A stretch of 62,771 bases of DNA, taken from assembly GCA_008632985.1 (NCBI GenBank), contig QPGO01000268.1:1-62771 (forward strand), written 5' to 3'. A program made the translations under genes and the position numbers. How positions within the stretch are numbered: the first letter of the stretch is position 1; each line of letters opens with the position of its first letter. Of the stretch, positions 21,901 to 35,300 are shown piece by piece. The notes beneath the pieces are model-generated. The model worked only from the letters and a program-made list of their open reading frames with translations, was not told the origin of the DNA and did not search any database. This DNA is from Psammoneis japonica. Lineage: Eukaryota.

Positions 21901-24900
21901 CTGCTTTAGCGGCGTGTGCGTCACTTTCGCTCGCCGTTGACGGGTTTTCGAACTTTCGAAGGATAGCAAAGTATTTCGATACAAGCTGCAAGAAATGTTC
22001 AGGATGGATGATTGCGAGAAGCCCGATGAGGAATTCTATAACCAGCTGCGATGATGAGAGGGCTCTAAACAGAGCAGAGTCTCTTTCACCGTCGGTTTTC
22101 CATTCTGACAGCGCCTCCGTCATTACTCCATATGCCAACATTTCCACGAAGGCCAAAAATATCTGTAAATGACCACTGTCGAGCTCTCTTCTCTCCACAG
22201 AAGAATCTTGACGGCTTGGATGACATCTAAGGACCACTGACTTAAGGCATAAAGGAAGAAGAAAGTCCATATGCGTAAAAAAGGAGGAAATTGGCTTCAA
22301 AGCGGGCAGCGAAAAATCTATCTCGGGGATTGAGGATGCTTCTATTTCGATCGATATCATTGAGCCATCTAACCCAGGCCCATTCTGACTGAACGTCTTC
22401 ATGTGTTCCACCCATGTCTTCAGCCACGTGATCATTACTGATTCGTAAATGTAAGGTGATCTATCAACCTGATTGGGACTGATGAATGCTGCGGAGAGCA
22501 GAAGCAACTGTGCGGAGCCACGAAGATGGCTTTCAGTCAGCGCTTCGTCCTCAGTATCTGTGCCGGGGCTAAATGGGTTTGAACAAACTGTGACGGTCTG
22601 AAGAAAAGCAGATTACTGATAAGTGAGACAGGCACAGAAATGGAAAGAAGTCAATATGTACACATGGCAAACAAATGTAAAGCTCACCTTGGCCTCTGGC
22701 TCCGTCTCATCTACAATATGAGAACCATACATTGCGGAGCCAAGCCTTTGTGCTGCACTGTGCTTCAAATCTTTCAAGTCAGCGGCATCCTTCTCTTGAC
22801 TTCTCACGGGACTAGTCGTCCCGGTTGCTAGCACGGTTGACAATGCTGGGGCCATGCATGGAGCAATCATGACCTGAGCGGCCGTTCTTACCCGCTTCGC
22901 AAATCCATACTCAGCAACGTGAGCATTTGAGTCCGAACTAGCTCCTTTTGGACATCGCTCACCATCCGGATACGACGTAAAATCAACGACAGAATCATTG
23001 TCTGCGGGATCCCACACTTTTGAATCCGTGCTTGTGAGTGGATCTTGATGACTGCGTTCAAAGGTCCGGCTCGTCAGGAACGTTGCAACAGTTGCATCGT
23101 CGTCAAATAGCTGGTGCGTTGCGCCCTGAAATATTTCCGCCTCCAGTCGCATGCGATCTGTTTTACTGGCACCATACGCAACACGAGAAAATGGCGCCCC
23201 ACTGGCGCTGATCGCAGATGGCAGCGTCTGGTATCTTTTGGCATTCGCATTGCCACAGCTAAGGGACTCTTGTTTTTTATGACTGCACCGGAATCAGGAT
23301 CGTTTTCTAAATCGTTTGAGGCGTCACCTGTGTCTTCGGAGCTTCGTCTCGGCAGTGACTTTTCTGTTGCCTCGGTAGAGGCACGGGACTGAGATCGCTC
23401 AAGATGGGAAGTCTTGAGAGATGCGCTCTCGTCGCTGGAATGGCAGAGCAAAACACGTTCGTCGAAAGTATCCAGGAAATTCTTGAGAAAGAACTCAATT
23501 TTCTTGCTAGAACCATCAGTTGAGCGCTCTAATTTCAATTTGGTTTTCTCAAGTACCTCCAACAAGCTATGCACATTGTCCAACACAAACTGTTCACCAT
23601 CTGAACCAACATGTTCACTACCTGTGCCATTTGCAGAGCCAAATGATCTTGTTGACAGATTGAGATGTTGTCGACCGCCACCGACAAGGTTGCATAGATG
23701 CATGTGCATCAGGGTTGTAAAACAGCTGAAAATCGCGCTCTCTGATGCAGCAGCAAACACATTGCGAAAGGGAATTTTGGTCTCTATAGAGGCTTCGGCA
23801 TTCGCGCTCGTCGCAATGCTGCTTCTCGACGGCGCCAAAACTAAATCCATGCGGCTCTTGTTGTCGTTGAGTTCGCCTTTGTCGTACGGAAACTCACGCA
23901 AGGCGGTCGCGACAGTTGTATCATTCGTGTGAATGGAGCTGACAAGACGGGTTTCCACCTGAAGTTGGTAATTGCCGATTGCGACACGATGGTTGCCATC
24001 AGGAATAACTGTTGCAACACGTACACCTGAAGTTGTTTCTCGTAGAGACGTGTTGCTGAGAGGGATCAATGATTCTCCAACCATATCAAGTGAGATCCCG
24101 CAGTGCGGGCCATCTAAATGACTTTCAGAATCCATATCCATTTCAAATAGGGTGAACTCCAAAAAGTACGTCCCATCCAGTATCATCGGCAAATTCAGCT
24201 TCAATTCATCACGTAGGGCGATCTCCATACCACCACTTTCGAGGATGGACGACTCTCGCGGGACTTTGGTATACACGGCCTTAAGAAGAGAAGATCCTGC
24301 CCATGATGCAGGTTATGAAATGCATCTATCGCATCATGGACCCCAGCACTGCTAGTTCCTTCGTCCGCTGGAGCAGAACTCTGCAAAAGACGTATCCTTA
24401 TCGTGAAATGTCGACCCGCGCGTTTCTTCTGACTACGTCTGGATCTTTTGCCGTTCTTATGGTTTTTGTCCGGCAAGAAGCGAACAAGACGTGGGTACAA
24501 GTAAAGCAAATTGATGACCGATCTCGATGAACCTGAAACGTCGATCCCGTAGTGCTTGTCTGCCCCTGGTGGTATGTAGAGTATTTCTCTAATCTCAGCA
24601 GCATCGATGTAACCTGAGGGATTGCTGGCTTGCGGGAGACGAACCAGACTGGAGCGTTTCTTCGCATCATCATTCCCAGTGGTTAAACACGGCTGCTGAG
24701 GATCCATCGCGATAGCGCAATCACCCGAAACGTCTACAAGTACCCGGGAAAGCCGGTTTTGCCCCGTTGGTTTCAAGGAATGAGGCGTCGAAAGCATGGA
24801 CTGGAGAAAGTCGACCCCAAGCAACGAGGTGAAAACGCAAGCGGTACCACCGATAGCATTCGACACTGCCTGCGATTTCGCTGCAACATACTTCTTGGAC

Positions 24901-26998
24901 GAAGACCTGAATATTCTAGAGGACTTGTGCTTACGTTCTCTCCCAAGGGGCGTCACCAGGGCCATTCTAGATGGTGATTTAGTCTTCTCGTCTGTAGCCG
25001 CAGTGTTCACAGAACTTGCTGTATCAAAAGATGGAGCGTTTCTAATATCTGCTATCCCAACCTTGCTTAACCGCGAATCCTGGTTTTCATCTTCCGCCAT
25101 CAATGACGTAAGACGGTCTATAAATTCGTCATCTGATTCGGATTTGAGAGGAAACTCGTAGAGTTGCATTTGCTGTTCGACTCCGTGGGGCCATTCTGTC
25201 TCGTTCAACAAATCGGTGCCCGTAGACCCTTTCACAAGAGTATGTCGCGGCAACAGTGGAACAATACCAAAGCACAGCGGTGTCAAGAATTGAGTGCCAA
25301 ACACACTATAGACTTGCTTGGATTCCTTGCCAGTATCTTTTTCAGTTCTTTCTTCTTCCGTGTATTGTTTCAGGTCTCGAGTACTACTGCCCCCGACCTT
25401 GAGCTTGCCTTTCCCGAGGCTCTTGATGCGTCCACCAAGACGTCTCTTCGCACCAGGCGAGGATTTTGCAGATGGATCGCTTGTAACACGATAGGGTTCG
25501 ATGCTTCCGCGCGAGAGACCTGGTGCACCTGCATCACGACATAAAGACTGGAAGTATCGTCCTTTCCAATATCCAACGGATCGTATGAGAATATGGCCTT
25601 GTGCTTCTGGTTGCGCCACGATTCTTCAACTTCCGTTACCGAAGTTCCACTTGCCAAAGCACATGCAGCATCGAGTTGAAGCGATAGGCCTTCCCAATCC
25701 CCTGCAGGGAACCAAAATTCTTCACTGATCTTTCCAGCAACGTTCGAACTCGTACCCGGCAAATAGTACAAGGCCAGACTGCACACTAGTGGTTCAACAT
25801 TTCCGATATCGAACTGCACCTGCATGGGACAAGCTAAATAGTGGATTCGCCCAGGTGGTCGGTCGTGAAATGGCCTTGGACGCCACCCCACCGTCGACGA
25901 GTAAGACGCATCCAGTGGCGGCGCCAACATGGAAGTACGATTTGGCTCAAATCTCTGCGCATGCCACCTTTTCTTTTCACTTGCCGGAGCAAATAAGCGT
26001 TTGTTTCTTTCCATGGCCATTAACAAGTTACGTCCAGCCAATGGCATGCCGGCAAGACCTCCGTTGTTCCATTTAATGTTTTCTTGTAAGAGCGGTCGAG
26101 TGGGTTCATCCACGATAGCTGTTCCCAAAAAGTTTGAAGCAACCAGCACAGCTAAACGAGGACTCGCCTCTTCCCATGTTGTTTCCAACAGGATTTCCTC
26201 TTGCTTCAATTCTATTTCTTTTTGAGATGCGTTAGGAAAGCCGACATCAGATCTCATGGGCAAACGTCGCTTTACGTTCGACAAAAGCGGGGGTTTGCTA
26301 GGCAGTACCGCCATGGTTGCAGCAAGGGGATCAATAGACCGATATCGCCCATCACGCTTATGAGACTTGGTTCGAGATGTCCGACAAACGCGGCGCTCCT
26401 TGGGTTGTAAATCATCATCCCACGGTACGAAGACGTCGCTGCTGAGGCCCAACGAGGGTGCAAAGTCTAATTGACGAATTTGTGATGCGTTCTGCATTCT
26501 ATGAAGTAGCTCCAAATATTGAAGAGACGGAGACATCTTTTTCCGCACTGACGTTCTACCGGCGCGTTCTGCCTCTTGCACATGCTGTTGCCACTCCTGT
26601 GTGGATACTAAGCGAATGGGTTCGAATGCATACCGCTCATTCAGATCAATCGTACGCACTGAAACTCTTATGGCGTCCTCTTCATGTTGAAAATCACGTC
26701 GGGTTGATTTCGGCCTTGATTTATGACCAGAAGCAACACTATGGGAGTGAGATTTGTTGTTTGGGGGACGAGGAGGTACCTTGTTATTGCTGCTGGTACG
26801 CGGATGAGATGGGACGAGTCGTCGCCCAGAAATTTGCTGTGAACGAGAAAGTTTTTGGTGTGAAGGTTCATCGAGAGTATCAACTGTAGGGGCCGCGTAG
26901 ATACTCAAGGGATCGCGATTAGCAGGGACTGGTGGTTCGGTGGATGGGGTTGCCTCCTTAGTGCTACGAGAGCGTTTCGCTCCGCTGCCTTTCCTCAT
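18997..26998 (-). CDS. DOCK (dedicator of cytokinesis)-like protein
   Basis: EPLVCSLALY..KISEEFWF (DOCK N-terminal region), NLLYLYP (DHR-1/C2), RLRWLHTLKCLH..EAAETLI (DHR-2 lobe A), HPFPCALSRQR (end of lobe B). Introns 22598-22687 and 21112-21205 (GT-AG, frame-consistent). Three apparent 1-nt frameshifts (about 25500, 24311, 23250) join the track ORFs and are probably assembly indels. Confidence 0.75.
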
Positions 26999-27560
26999 GG
27001 TGGCTCATCTTTTTTGTACGGTATGATGATGTGCTGTCTGCTGTCCGGTGCTCTGTCCGTCTGTTGTCTCGCGCGCTCATTTTGCGCAGGACTGGCGTGG
27101 GAAATGCATGCGCGACGCTGCGCGTTTTTTAATGGATATATACAATGATTAGGAACGTAAAACAGATTTCACAAGACTCTTCCATTATAAAAATTTCGAA
27201 GATTTAACAACCTCTAAGATCCTATTGCCCTTCTCGATCCAACGCAAAACCAACGACACAAAGGTGGAAGCAACACTCGCTTCGGCTCAAAAAGACACTG
27301 CAGCGCAGTGTAGCTCATTCTTCACCAAAGACATTCATATTGACGCGAACAAGTGAAGGTAGGTTCAAGTGACAACGTCGTCATGCATGCAACCGCGATG
27401 AATCGACCGAAGTCCCTGCTCGATACCACAAACGAGGGTTTCCTCTAAAGGTCGTAGCAAGAATGCCAGTTGCATCCACGTGCTTTTTCTCACAATGACG
27501 CTATGTTCTCACGCTGTGCCTTCACCTCCTCCTGTATCTCTGGATAAAGTAGAAGAAGCC

Positions 27561-28867
27561 ATGGGTGGCACCAAACGTGATAACCGAAACAAAGGGGCGC
27601 AGGACAAGGCGCCGCCCAAAGCCAAACGAACGAAACAAATCTGGACCATCGAGGTAAGTCAAAAAGTACCGAGTCATACCATGAACATGAGAAGGCCTCT
27701 CACGGTTCCCTTTGTTTGCTTCTATACAGGAGGATACACTTCTTCGGACGCTCGTTGAAGCGGAGAAGGCAAAAGGAGTCACCAATTACAAGTGGTCCAC
27801 CATTGCTACGCAGGTACAAGGCCGTTCCGGAAAGCAGTGCCGCGAAAGGTGGTTCAATCAGTTACACCCCGATAAAAAGAGTGGTCCGTGGACGATGGAA
27901 GAGGACGCTACTCTTTTCGTCCTTCAAAAGGAACTGGGGAACCAGTGAGTATATCTTGTTTGTTTCGCGGAGAAAGTACTGCAACAAAACAACTCGAGTA
28001 CTAACACCTACCCTTCGTGTCGTTCCCAAATAAAGGTGGACCCACATCGCACGTGAATTTTCGGGACGGACGGACAACGACGTCAAGAACAGATGGTACT
28101 CTGTCATGCGGACGAAGAACAAGAAGGAGAAGAAGAAACGGCGAAAGGAAACGTCTGCTTCAAACGGAAAAGGCAGGACAAAGTCGCTTACAGCTGTCAC
28201 GAAGGACAGCAACCAAGTGTCAACTTCCAAACATCATCCATATGCGAAATCCGCACCGGAATTGGCCGATGCTCCACTTCGAACGCTAGCTGAAGCCGCC
28301 TCCAACACCGCGATGTACGGCATGATTTCCACCGACCCGTCAACCAAGGCGAAGAATATTTTCCATGAAGAAGTAACGGACATGGAGTCATTGAACTTTG
28401 TATTTGATGAAAATAGTCTGCCGGAGAAACATATTTCGTTCCACGAGAACACAAAGAAAGGTTCCGAAGAATCGGCGGAAGCCCACTTTGAAAACGGAGT
28501 AGCTCCACCCTTTGACGAGAACGCATTGCTAACCGAAGCCATTGGGGATACTATTACTCCAATTGTTAGGAAGAAAAGCGCTATGCTCAAGAAGAGGGCG
28601 GAGCATGCGACCCACACCACTTGCATGTCCCATTGCTGGCCGAACTGGTCTCCGTCGCTTACCCCGTACAACGTGCATTACGGAACAAACGCCTCGATTG
28701 ATACCAACATCGAGATCCAGGAGAGCGAGAAATTGTCCACACCAACTAAGATTCATACATCTTTGAAGTTTGAATACCCAAGACGGGGTCAATGCGAGAC
28801 AGCAATGCTTCGAAAGAGTCTAGTTGACTTGCCAGGAATCCTTTCAAAAGAGAGCTCCTTTTATTGA
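27561..28867 (+). CDS. R2R3-type Myb transcription factor
   Basis: Exons 27561-27653, 27730-27944 and 28036-28867 splice to WTIEEDTLL..WSTIATQVQGRSGKQCRERWFNQLHP..WTMEED..GNQWTHIAREFSGRTDNDVKNRWY. The start could be upstream ATG 27495. Confidence 0.92.
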
Positions 28868-28958
28868 TGTATGAATCGGATATCAATCATACAGAGTTGC
28901 AGCCCTACTAGAGAATATATCAACGGATTCGATAAATAAAATTCAATTCAATTCAAGC

Positions 28959-31072
28959 TCAAGCGTTCGAAAATTGCAATCTGCTGCCTTGTTCGTGTCG
29001 TGCATTCACTTCCGCCATCGTCTGGTTGCTTTCCGGGGTATAGACAGCTGGCGGAGCTTCACCATCATCAAAGATATGGCTGGATACTATATCCTCGAGC
29101 ATATCTCTGCAGTTAATGACACGCCTAGCTTGATACATAGCATGTATGCTCCTGCAAGCTTTCGATGAAGCGTATAGATTTCTTCGGGAGGAGGCCTGTG
29201 ATAAGCAATCAAGACGGTCAGCTGTGTACATGAAACAAAACAACGAATGTGTATAGTTCTCAGTCACAAAGACGTACGTAAGACGATGCTCCAAGAACGC
29301 GGATGTCTCTCGTGATAGCCTTGAAGTAATGTTGGATCCTCTAAAATCAAAAGGTTTGTGAGATCGGAAGGGTTCGCCAACTGTAAAGCCACTCGCCTTA
29401 TGCGCTTCCACCATGATTTCATTTTCATCTCCTGTTAAGAATCCCAATTTGTGAGAGTAGTGCATAATGGTTTCGGCATCTTGATTTGCAGCTGCCCAGA
29501 CAATTCTCAGATAGCCATCGACAAAGTCTTTGGAGTATTCTCTAGCAGCTCCAAAGTCAATCAAGTAGGTTGTGCCAGTTCCAACGTCATACAAGAAATT
29601 CCCCCAGTTCGGATCCGTTTGCTTTAGAAAAATAAGCAAGCGCAGTCAGTATTGTTGCGTTGTTTACCGACAGTCTCAAAGACGAGGTGGGCCTAATTGC
29701 CAGAGTTACTCACCATGAAGCGCCACACAAACAACTCCTGCATCGTGAGATACATGATTGTACGCCCAATTCGATTCTTTTCCTCTTGATTCAAGTTTGA
29801 CACTTTGTCAATGGTCCCTCCTGGTGCGTATTCACTCGTCAAGATTTGTGCAGTTGAAAGCTCCGGTATGACATTTGGCACGGCAAATCGATTTTCTTGC
29901 AAAACCTCATCTTGATGAACGAGTTGTCGAAACCGTTGTTGGTTCTCCGCTTCTCGCGTATAGTCACATTCTTGCTTCAGCTCTCCTCGTCCGACTCGGA
30001 TCACGTTTCCGAGAAAGAGCCCTGGTGGTGCCAAACCCGTCATGCCAATAAGAGTCTGAAGGTTGTTTAGATCGGAATCAATGGAATCGGCGACACCGGG
30101 ATACTGCACCTTTAATACCACCCGTTTACCACTGTCTTTCAAGGTTCCCAAATGCACCTGCCCCACCGAAGCTGCCGCAAACGGCTTTTCATCAAACATT
30201 TCCAAATGCAATTCCCGCTTGTTTCCAAGGTGTGTTTCCAACTGTTCCTGTAGTTGGTGTAGAGGCATTGCATCTGCACCTTGTCGAACTTGTTTCAAGG
30301 CCCGAGAGAGTGCAGGTGGTAGCATGGATTCATCTTGAATACTAAGCATTTGTCCAAGCTTCAAGGCTGCACCACGCATCCGGCACAGCGTAGCAGAGAG
30401 GCGATCCGCATTGGCATCCGTAACAATAACCGATGAATCCGGCGAAGGCGATTTCTGAAACAATCTCGAGGCTGCTTCAGCAGCTGTTCCTACAACCAAT
30501 CCTACTCCCAAGGAGGCAAAGCCCATGGCGCGTCCGACCCGTGTTGATGGAACGGGACGACCCTCCTCAAGCCGTCGATGAATGGGCTCTTTGATATGAT
30601 TTGCATTATTGGAAGCGACATTTGTCGTGTCATCCTTTTCCGTGTCGGCCTGGGCCAGAGGAGCTTCTTGATCGCCGGGTGCTTTTCGAATTGCGTCAGT
30701 GTTCGTTGCGCCATTCACACCTTTGAAACTTTCAGTACTTTCGAGCGGCATATCACCATTTGCTGATTCATTCGTTGACCGCAACTCGCCCGGTGGTGCT
30801 TCCCTTGTCAATTCCTTGCTAGCAATGTTATGTTCATCAAACCCTTTCTCTGCTTTTGTTTTCAAAGTTTTGAGATCATCATCACTAGTCATGACATTGA
30901 CTGCTTTTGTAGCTGCACGAATGTTTGCCAATAGCTCAACAGCATGCTGTGCCCCCCGACTGGACGCATCGGTCACTTGGGTGGCAGAAAGAGTGGATAC
31001 TTCGGATGCAACCAGTTTCAAGCCCGTAGCAACACGCATCCAACCCGCAGTCGCAGCTTTTTTCGAAGCCAT
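28959..31072 (-). CDS. COQ8: ABC1/UbiB atypical kinase COQ8/ADCK3-like
   Basis: LCRMRGAALKLGQMLSIQD, PFAAASVGQVH, VVLKVQYPGV, FMQTDPNWGNF, LIDFGA, TPPPEEIYTLHRKLAGAYMLCIKLG. Introns 29622-29713 and 29196-29277. 1-nt deletion near 29121. Confidence 0.92.
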
Positions 31073-33106
31073 TTCCTATCAACGGAGGAATGAAAGTCTT
31101 GTTATACTATTGCAACAGCAACTTGGAGCGGAGCGGTTTGAGAATGTGCGCCGCCTATCGTCGTTTTGTGCGTGGTGCGTGGTCGTGTTGTTGCGTGGCG
31201 GGAAGCATGCAAGACTCAGAGATGATGAGTCATCAGGTAATGGGCTCAAAAATAGTTTCTTGTCACCTTCCGTCGGTCCGACAGCAAGGCCCTAACTGTT
31301 GGTGCTCAGCACACAGCATCTTTGCATCTTGTTTCTTTGAAGGCCAACTCATCCAAGTGATGATGACTTGCAAACACCCCGTTGCACAAATCTGGCTGCA
31401 AAGCATCAAACGAAAGGCGTGCCAACAAATGACCCCCAGTTTGCGTCGATGGCTCTCGGCAAGTTGTGGATCCCATGATGAAGATGGGCTGTGGCCTTGT
31501 GGCATGTTGCCACAGCACCAGTGTGTGCAGTTCATTTGGCAGCCACTTTCTTTTTTCTTGCCAGATTGTTTTTCCCAGAAGAGTTTGCATCAACAAGCTG
31601 CTGCAGCGACATCCTCATGGGGCAGCTGCGCCAACGATGCTTCACAAGAAAAGTGTGTCTTGCAGGATGATGCTGAATGCCACAGCATGGCTGTCAATGT
31701 TGGCAACACACTTGTCACAAAGAAAAAGCACATGAAGGTTGATTTGGTGTGTCTTTTGACTTGCAATGTGGGTGGGGCAAATGTGAACTTTGAAGGGAGA
31801 AGAAGAAGATGTGCTGTTGGGTCCAGACAATCCGGTTGTCTTTGTTGTTCATGGGGGTGTTGGAGGAGCAATGTAGACATGAGATGCAAAAGCAAGAGTG
31901 TTGTCAGCAAAGTCAACAAAGCGTGCATTGAGGTGCAGATCGAAGATGTGCAAGTGGAAGAGCACAATGAGTGGGGGGTGGAAAATGCAAGAGAAAGGGC
32001 TGGGTGAGTGCACAGCTGCAAGCATTTGCTTTGATTCCATCTGTCTGTTTTGCTGTGCTCACATTTTTGATTTTCACAATGCAAAGCAAAACAGATCCTC
32101 TGCAGCTGGGAAAAATCAAGCTGAGCTGCATTGAATGGCATGTTTGAATCAGCTCTTCATCAAAAGCTCTCATGGCAAGTCCAAAGGCCGCCACAATTCA
32201 GTCAATCCCCACATTGAGAGCCGTTTTTGTGAATGATGTGTTTTTATTTGTTCTTGCTCATGACACTGGCATTTTGCCATTCACTTTTGGAGTGTGCCAT
32301 GGAGCAAATTTCTGCCTTGCACCAGACAAAATTTCTGCCTTGCGCCGCACATTGAAGCAGGTCCACCCAGGCTGTCTGGGATCAGCTGTTGATTGGGATC
32401 TCTTGTGCATGCTCTGAGATGAAGAGCAAAAGAGGAAAAAAGGGGAAGAAAAGATGATGCACATGGTGAGGAACAGCTGTTGGAGGTGACAAATGGCCTT
32501 GCCAATTGTGGTGTTGTCACTGAAGAGGGCAGAACATCAGCCTCTCCACATGGTTGTCAGGCCCACACCAACACCAATGAGCACACCAATGCCGCCACAA
32601 ATGGAGCCTGGGGTGGCTTCCATTTGCATCAGATTTCACCTTGGTGCTCATTGGCTCACCCATTGAGTTGCTTCTCATGCTGTGGGGTGCTCACGCTGTC
32701 TTTAACAAAATGGCAACATTGGCCAACAAGAGCAAAGCCAATGAGGACAAGGATGATGTTTGCTGTGATGACTGCATTGTTTTGCCTTTCACATTGCCAC
32801 CAGGAGGTGTTTTTAACATTTTTTCATCCTGGCAGTGATTCTTTGGTGCACTGAACTGCACTTTTTCTTTTGGCTGCAAAGTGCAAAACAAATGTTTGCA
32901 TTCTGCCTCCCAAATGTCTGATTCTAGAAGGGTCAGATGCTCATTTTCAGGTGAAGGCTTGCACATTGACAGGGGCATTTGCCAAGAAAACAAACTGTGC
33001 CTGGTCCTTCCTTGGTGACTCAGGTTGCAGAACAGGCTTTGGCCTTGTCATCAGAGCTCACTCAGGACCTGGCTGATGTTAAAGCCAGTCCAAAGATGAT
33101 GTGCTT

Positions 33107-33684
33107 CACCCAAAAAGGTTCCCATTGGGAGGACAAGCCACCATGTTGATTGGCGACTGCAGCCAGGAGCAATTGAGAGTGAGCACATTTTGGCTGTCAT
33201 GGCTCACTCAATCTGCTGCTTTGTCAATGTGGATGTCTTGGACTTTTTTCTGATTCTTGCAGCAGAGAAGAACAAAAGCAAGGTGTTGGAAGTGGCGCCA
33301 TCAATGCCCAAGCACTTTTTGATGACAAACAGCTGACTTCATTGCCAACGCTGCAGTCGTTGGTGCTTTGCACCTTTGCCACAAGAGTCAGTTGTCACCC
33401 AAAAAGCTTCTCATTGGGAGGACAAGCCACCATGTTGATTGGCGACTGCAGCCAGGAGCAATTGAGAGTGAGCACATTTTGGCTGTCATGGCTCACTCAA
33501 TCTGCTGCTTTGTCGGTGTGGATGTCTTGGACTTTTTTCTGATTCTTGCAGCAGAGAAGAACAAAAGCAAGGTGTTGGAAGTGGCGCCATCAATGCTCAA
33601 GCACTTTTTGATGACAAACTGCTGACTTCATTGCCAACGCCACAGTCGTTGGTGCTTTGCACCTTTGCCACAAGAGCCAGCTGT
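33107..33684. repeat. 289-bp tandem duplication
   Basis: Unit starting cacccaaaaag at 33107 and 33396, with about ten differences by eye, mostly transitions. Confidence 0.95.
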
Positions 33685-33889
33685 TTAAGAAAAACAACAT
33701 TTCATCCTGAAAGGGCATTTTCCCCATTTTCACCCAGCACCCCAACAGCATGCAGGGCCAACTGCGTTCTGCTCACTTTTGCAGCTTGGAGGCAAGGATG
33801 CACACAGCTGCTTGTGCAAAGCACAACAACTCTGATGCAATTCATCATGCCTTTTCTCTTTGGCTTGACCGCTTTCACTTTTCACATTG

Positions 33890-35300
33890 CAAAAAAGCCC
33901 TTCCTTGCCATCTTGAACTTCAAAGGCAGCAGACCACATCAACACCACATTGGCTCTGGCAAAAGAAAGTTTGGCTGCGCCAATGCTTGGGTGCTTTGCC
34001 ATGAGACATTGCATCAAAGCATTGCATTGAATGGCAATTTCATTGGAGTTGATCTTTCTTGTTTGGTGCAGAAACAATCTGCATTGAAGATGCAGCATGG
34101 CGTGATTGCAGAAGGGATGCAACGTGCTGTGCAGCAACTCCAGCCACCACTTCTGCAGCACCACATCTGCCAATCAACAGGTTGGGTGTTTCACCACAGC
34201 AAGCAACAGTGCCTTGGCCCAATTGACAACAAGCAGTTTCAACTCCACCAGGTGCATCCACAAGAAACCATGCCAGAAGTGTCAAATGTGGCATGACTGC
34301 ATTGAAAAAGCTGTTGGAATCACAGACACCTGGCACAGGTGATGCATCGTTTCACTTGAGGGTTTTGTTTCAAACACTGCTTTGGCCCCTCTTTGGAAGC
34401 TTCACAAGATGGGAATGGCCAGCAAGTTTGGACAAACAGAAAAATCACAAGAAATGCATCTTGCATGCCATGGGATGCTGGTCAAAAAGATGTCAACAAA
34501 AAGCCAGTTGGTGCTGGCACAACTTGAGCTCACCTTTCCCACAGATTTGCTTGGATTGACAGCTGTTGAGCAAATCCCTGCCACCCCTGCTGCCATGGAG
34601 ACATGTCCCAATTCCCAATCCACCAGCTGAATCATTCTCCCCAGAAGACAACCTGAGCTCAAGAGCTGAGTGGCTTGTTTGAACAAGGCTGTGTTCTCAT
34701 CAAGAGCTGTCCCTTCCTGCCAAGAAGTGAAGCCCAGATTTGCAGGCCATCACTCTCTGCTTCTCATGCTGCTGCACTGTTTTCCACATTGCCAGCCCAT
34801 GATCTGACCTCACACTTGTTTGCTCAAGCCTCTGCTGTGTTCTTGTGGTTCTTGCAAGACTGCAAATCATTCACATGTGTTGTTTTCTTGTGCTTGAGAC
34901 TGGGCTCTATTTTGGCCGGCACATCATCTGCTGTGAAAGTGCTCAATTTTTTGTTCTCTTCTTTTTTGTGGCTTTGATTGTTTTGCAATGTTTTGGCGCT
35001 GGATCGTGCGCCCCAGCATCACATGACAACTCTCGCCAAGATGCAAAACAGACCACGCAAAGAGAGAAAAGGACAGAGGGCCCATGGGCAAAGAGAGCAA
35101 AGTCAGTGATGAAGCAACAACAGCCAAGAGATCATGGCCGCAGGTGCCAAAAATCAAAACTTGGAAAGCAACATGAGATTGGAAGCCACAATTGCCGGGT
35201 TTGTGCTTGTTGAGAAAAAAAAAACAAATCCAGCCACCAGTGCACTCCAGCCAATGTAGACAACCACCACCAATGAGATGGGCTTGGGTGCGCTCACACA
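33890..35300 (-). pseudogene. Hypermutated paralogue of the methyltransferase-like gene at 37522-38989
   Basis: ATQLLSSG..ELGHVSMAAGVAGICSTAVNPSKSVGK vs AIQFLNSG..GSGHVSMAMGMAGIQSTVVDPRESVGK, and CNALMQCLMAKHPSIGAAKLSFARANVVL vs YIDLLQYLMAKHPSIQASKLPFDGANVVL. Same intron position. The 5' limit is approximate. Confidence 0.85.

Noticed and set aside
31090..33100. ORFs 31090-32007, 31590-32141 and neighbours as genes
   Set aside because: They lie in the TpA-free island, are nearly Tyr-free and have no motif I recognise. They are probably decayed gene fragments of unknown origin.
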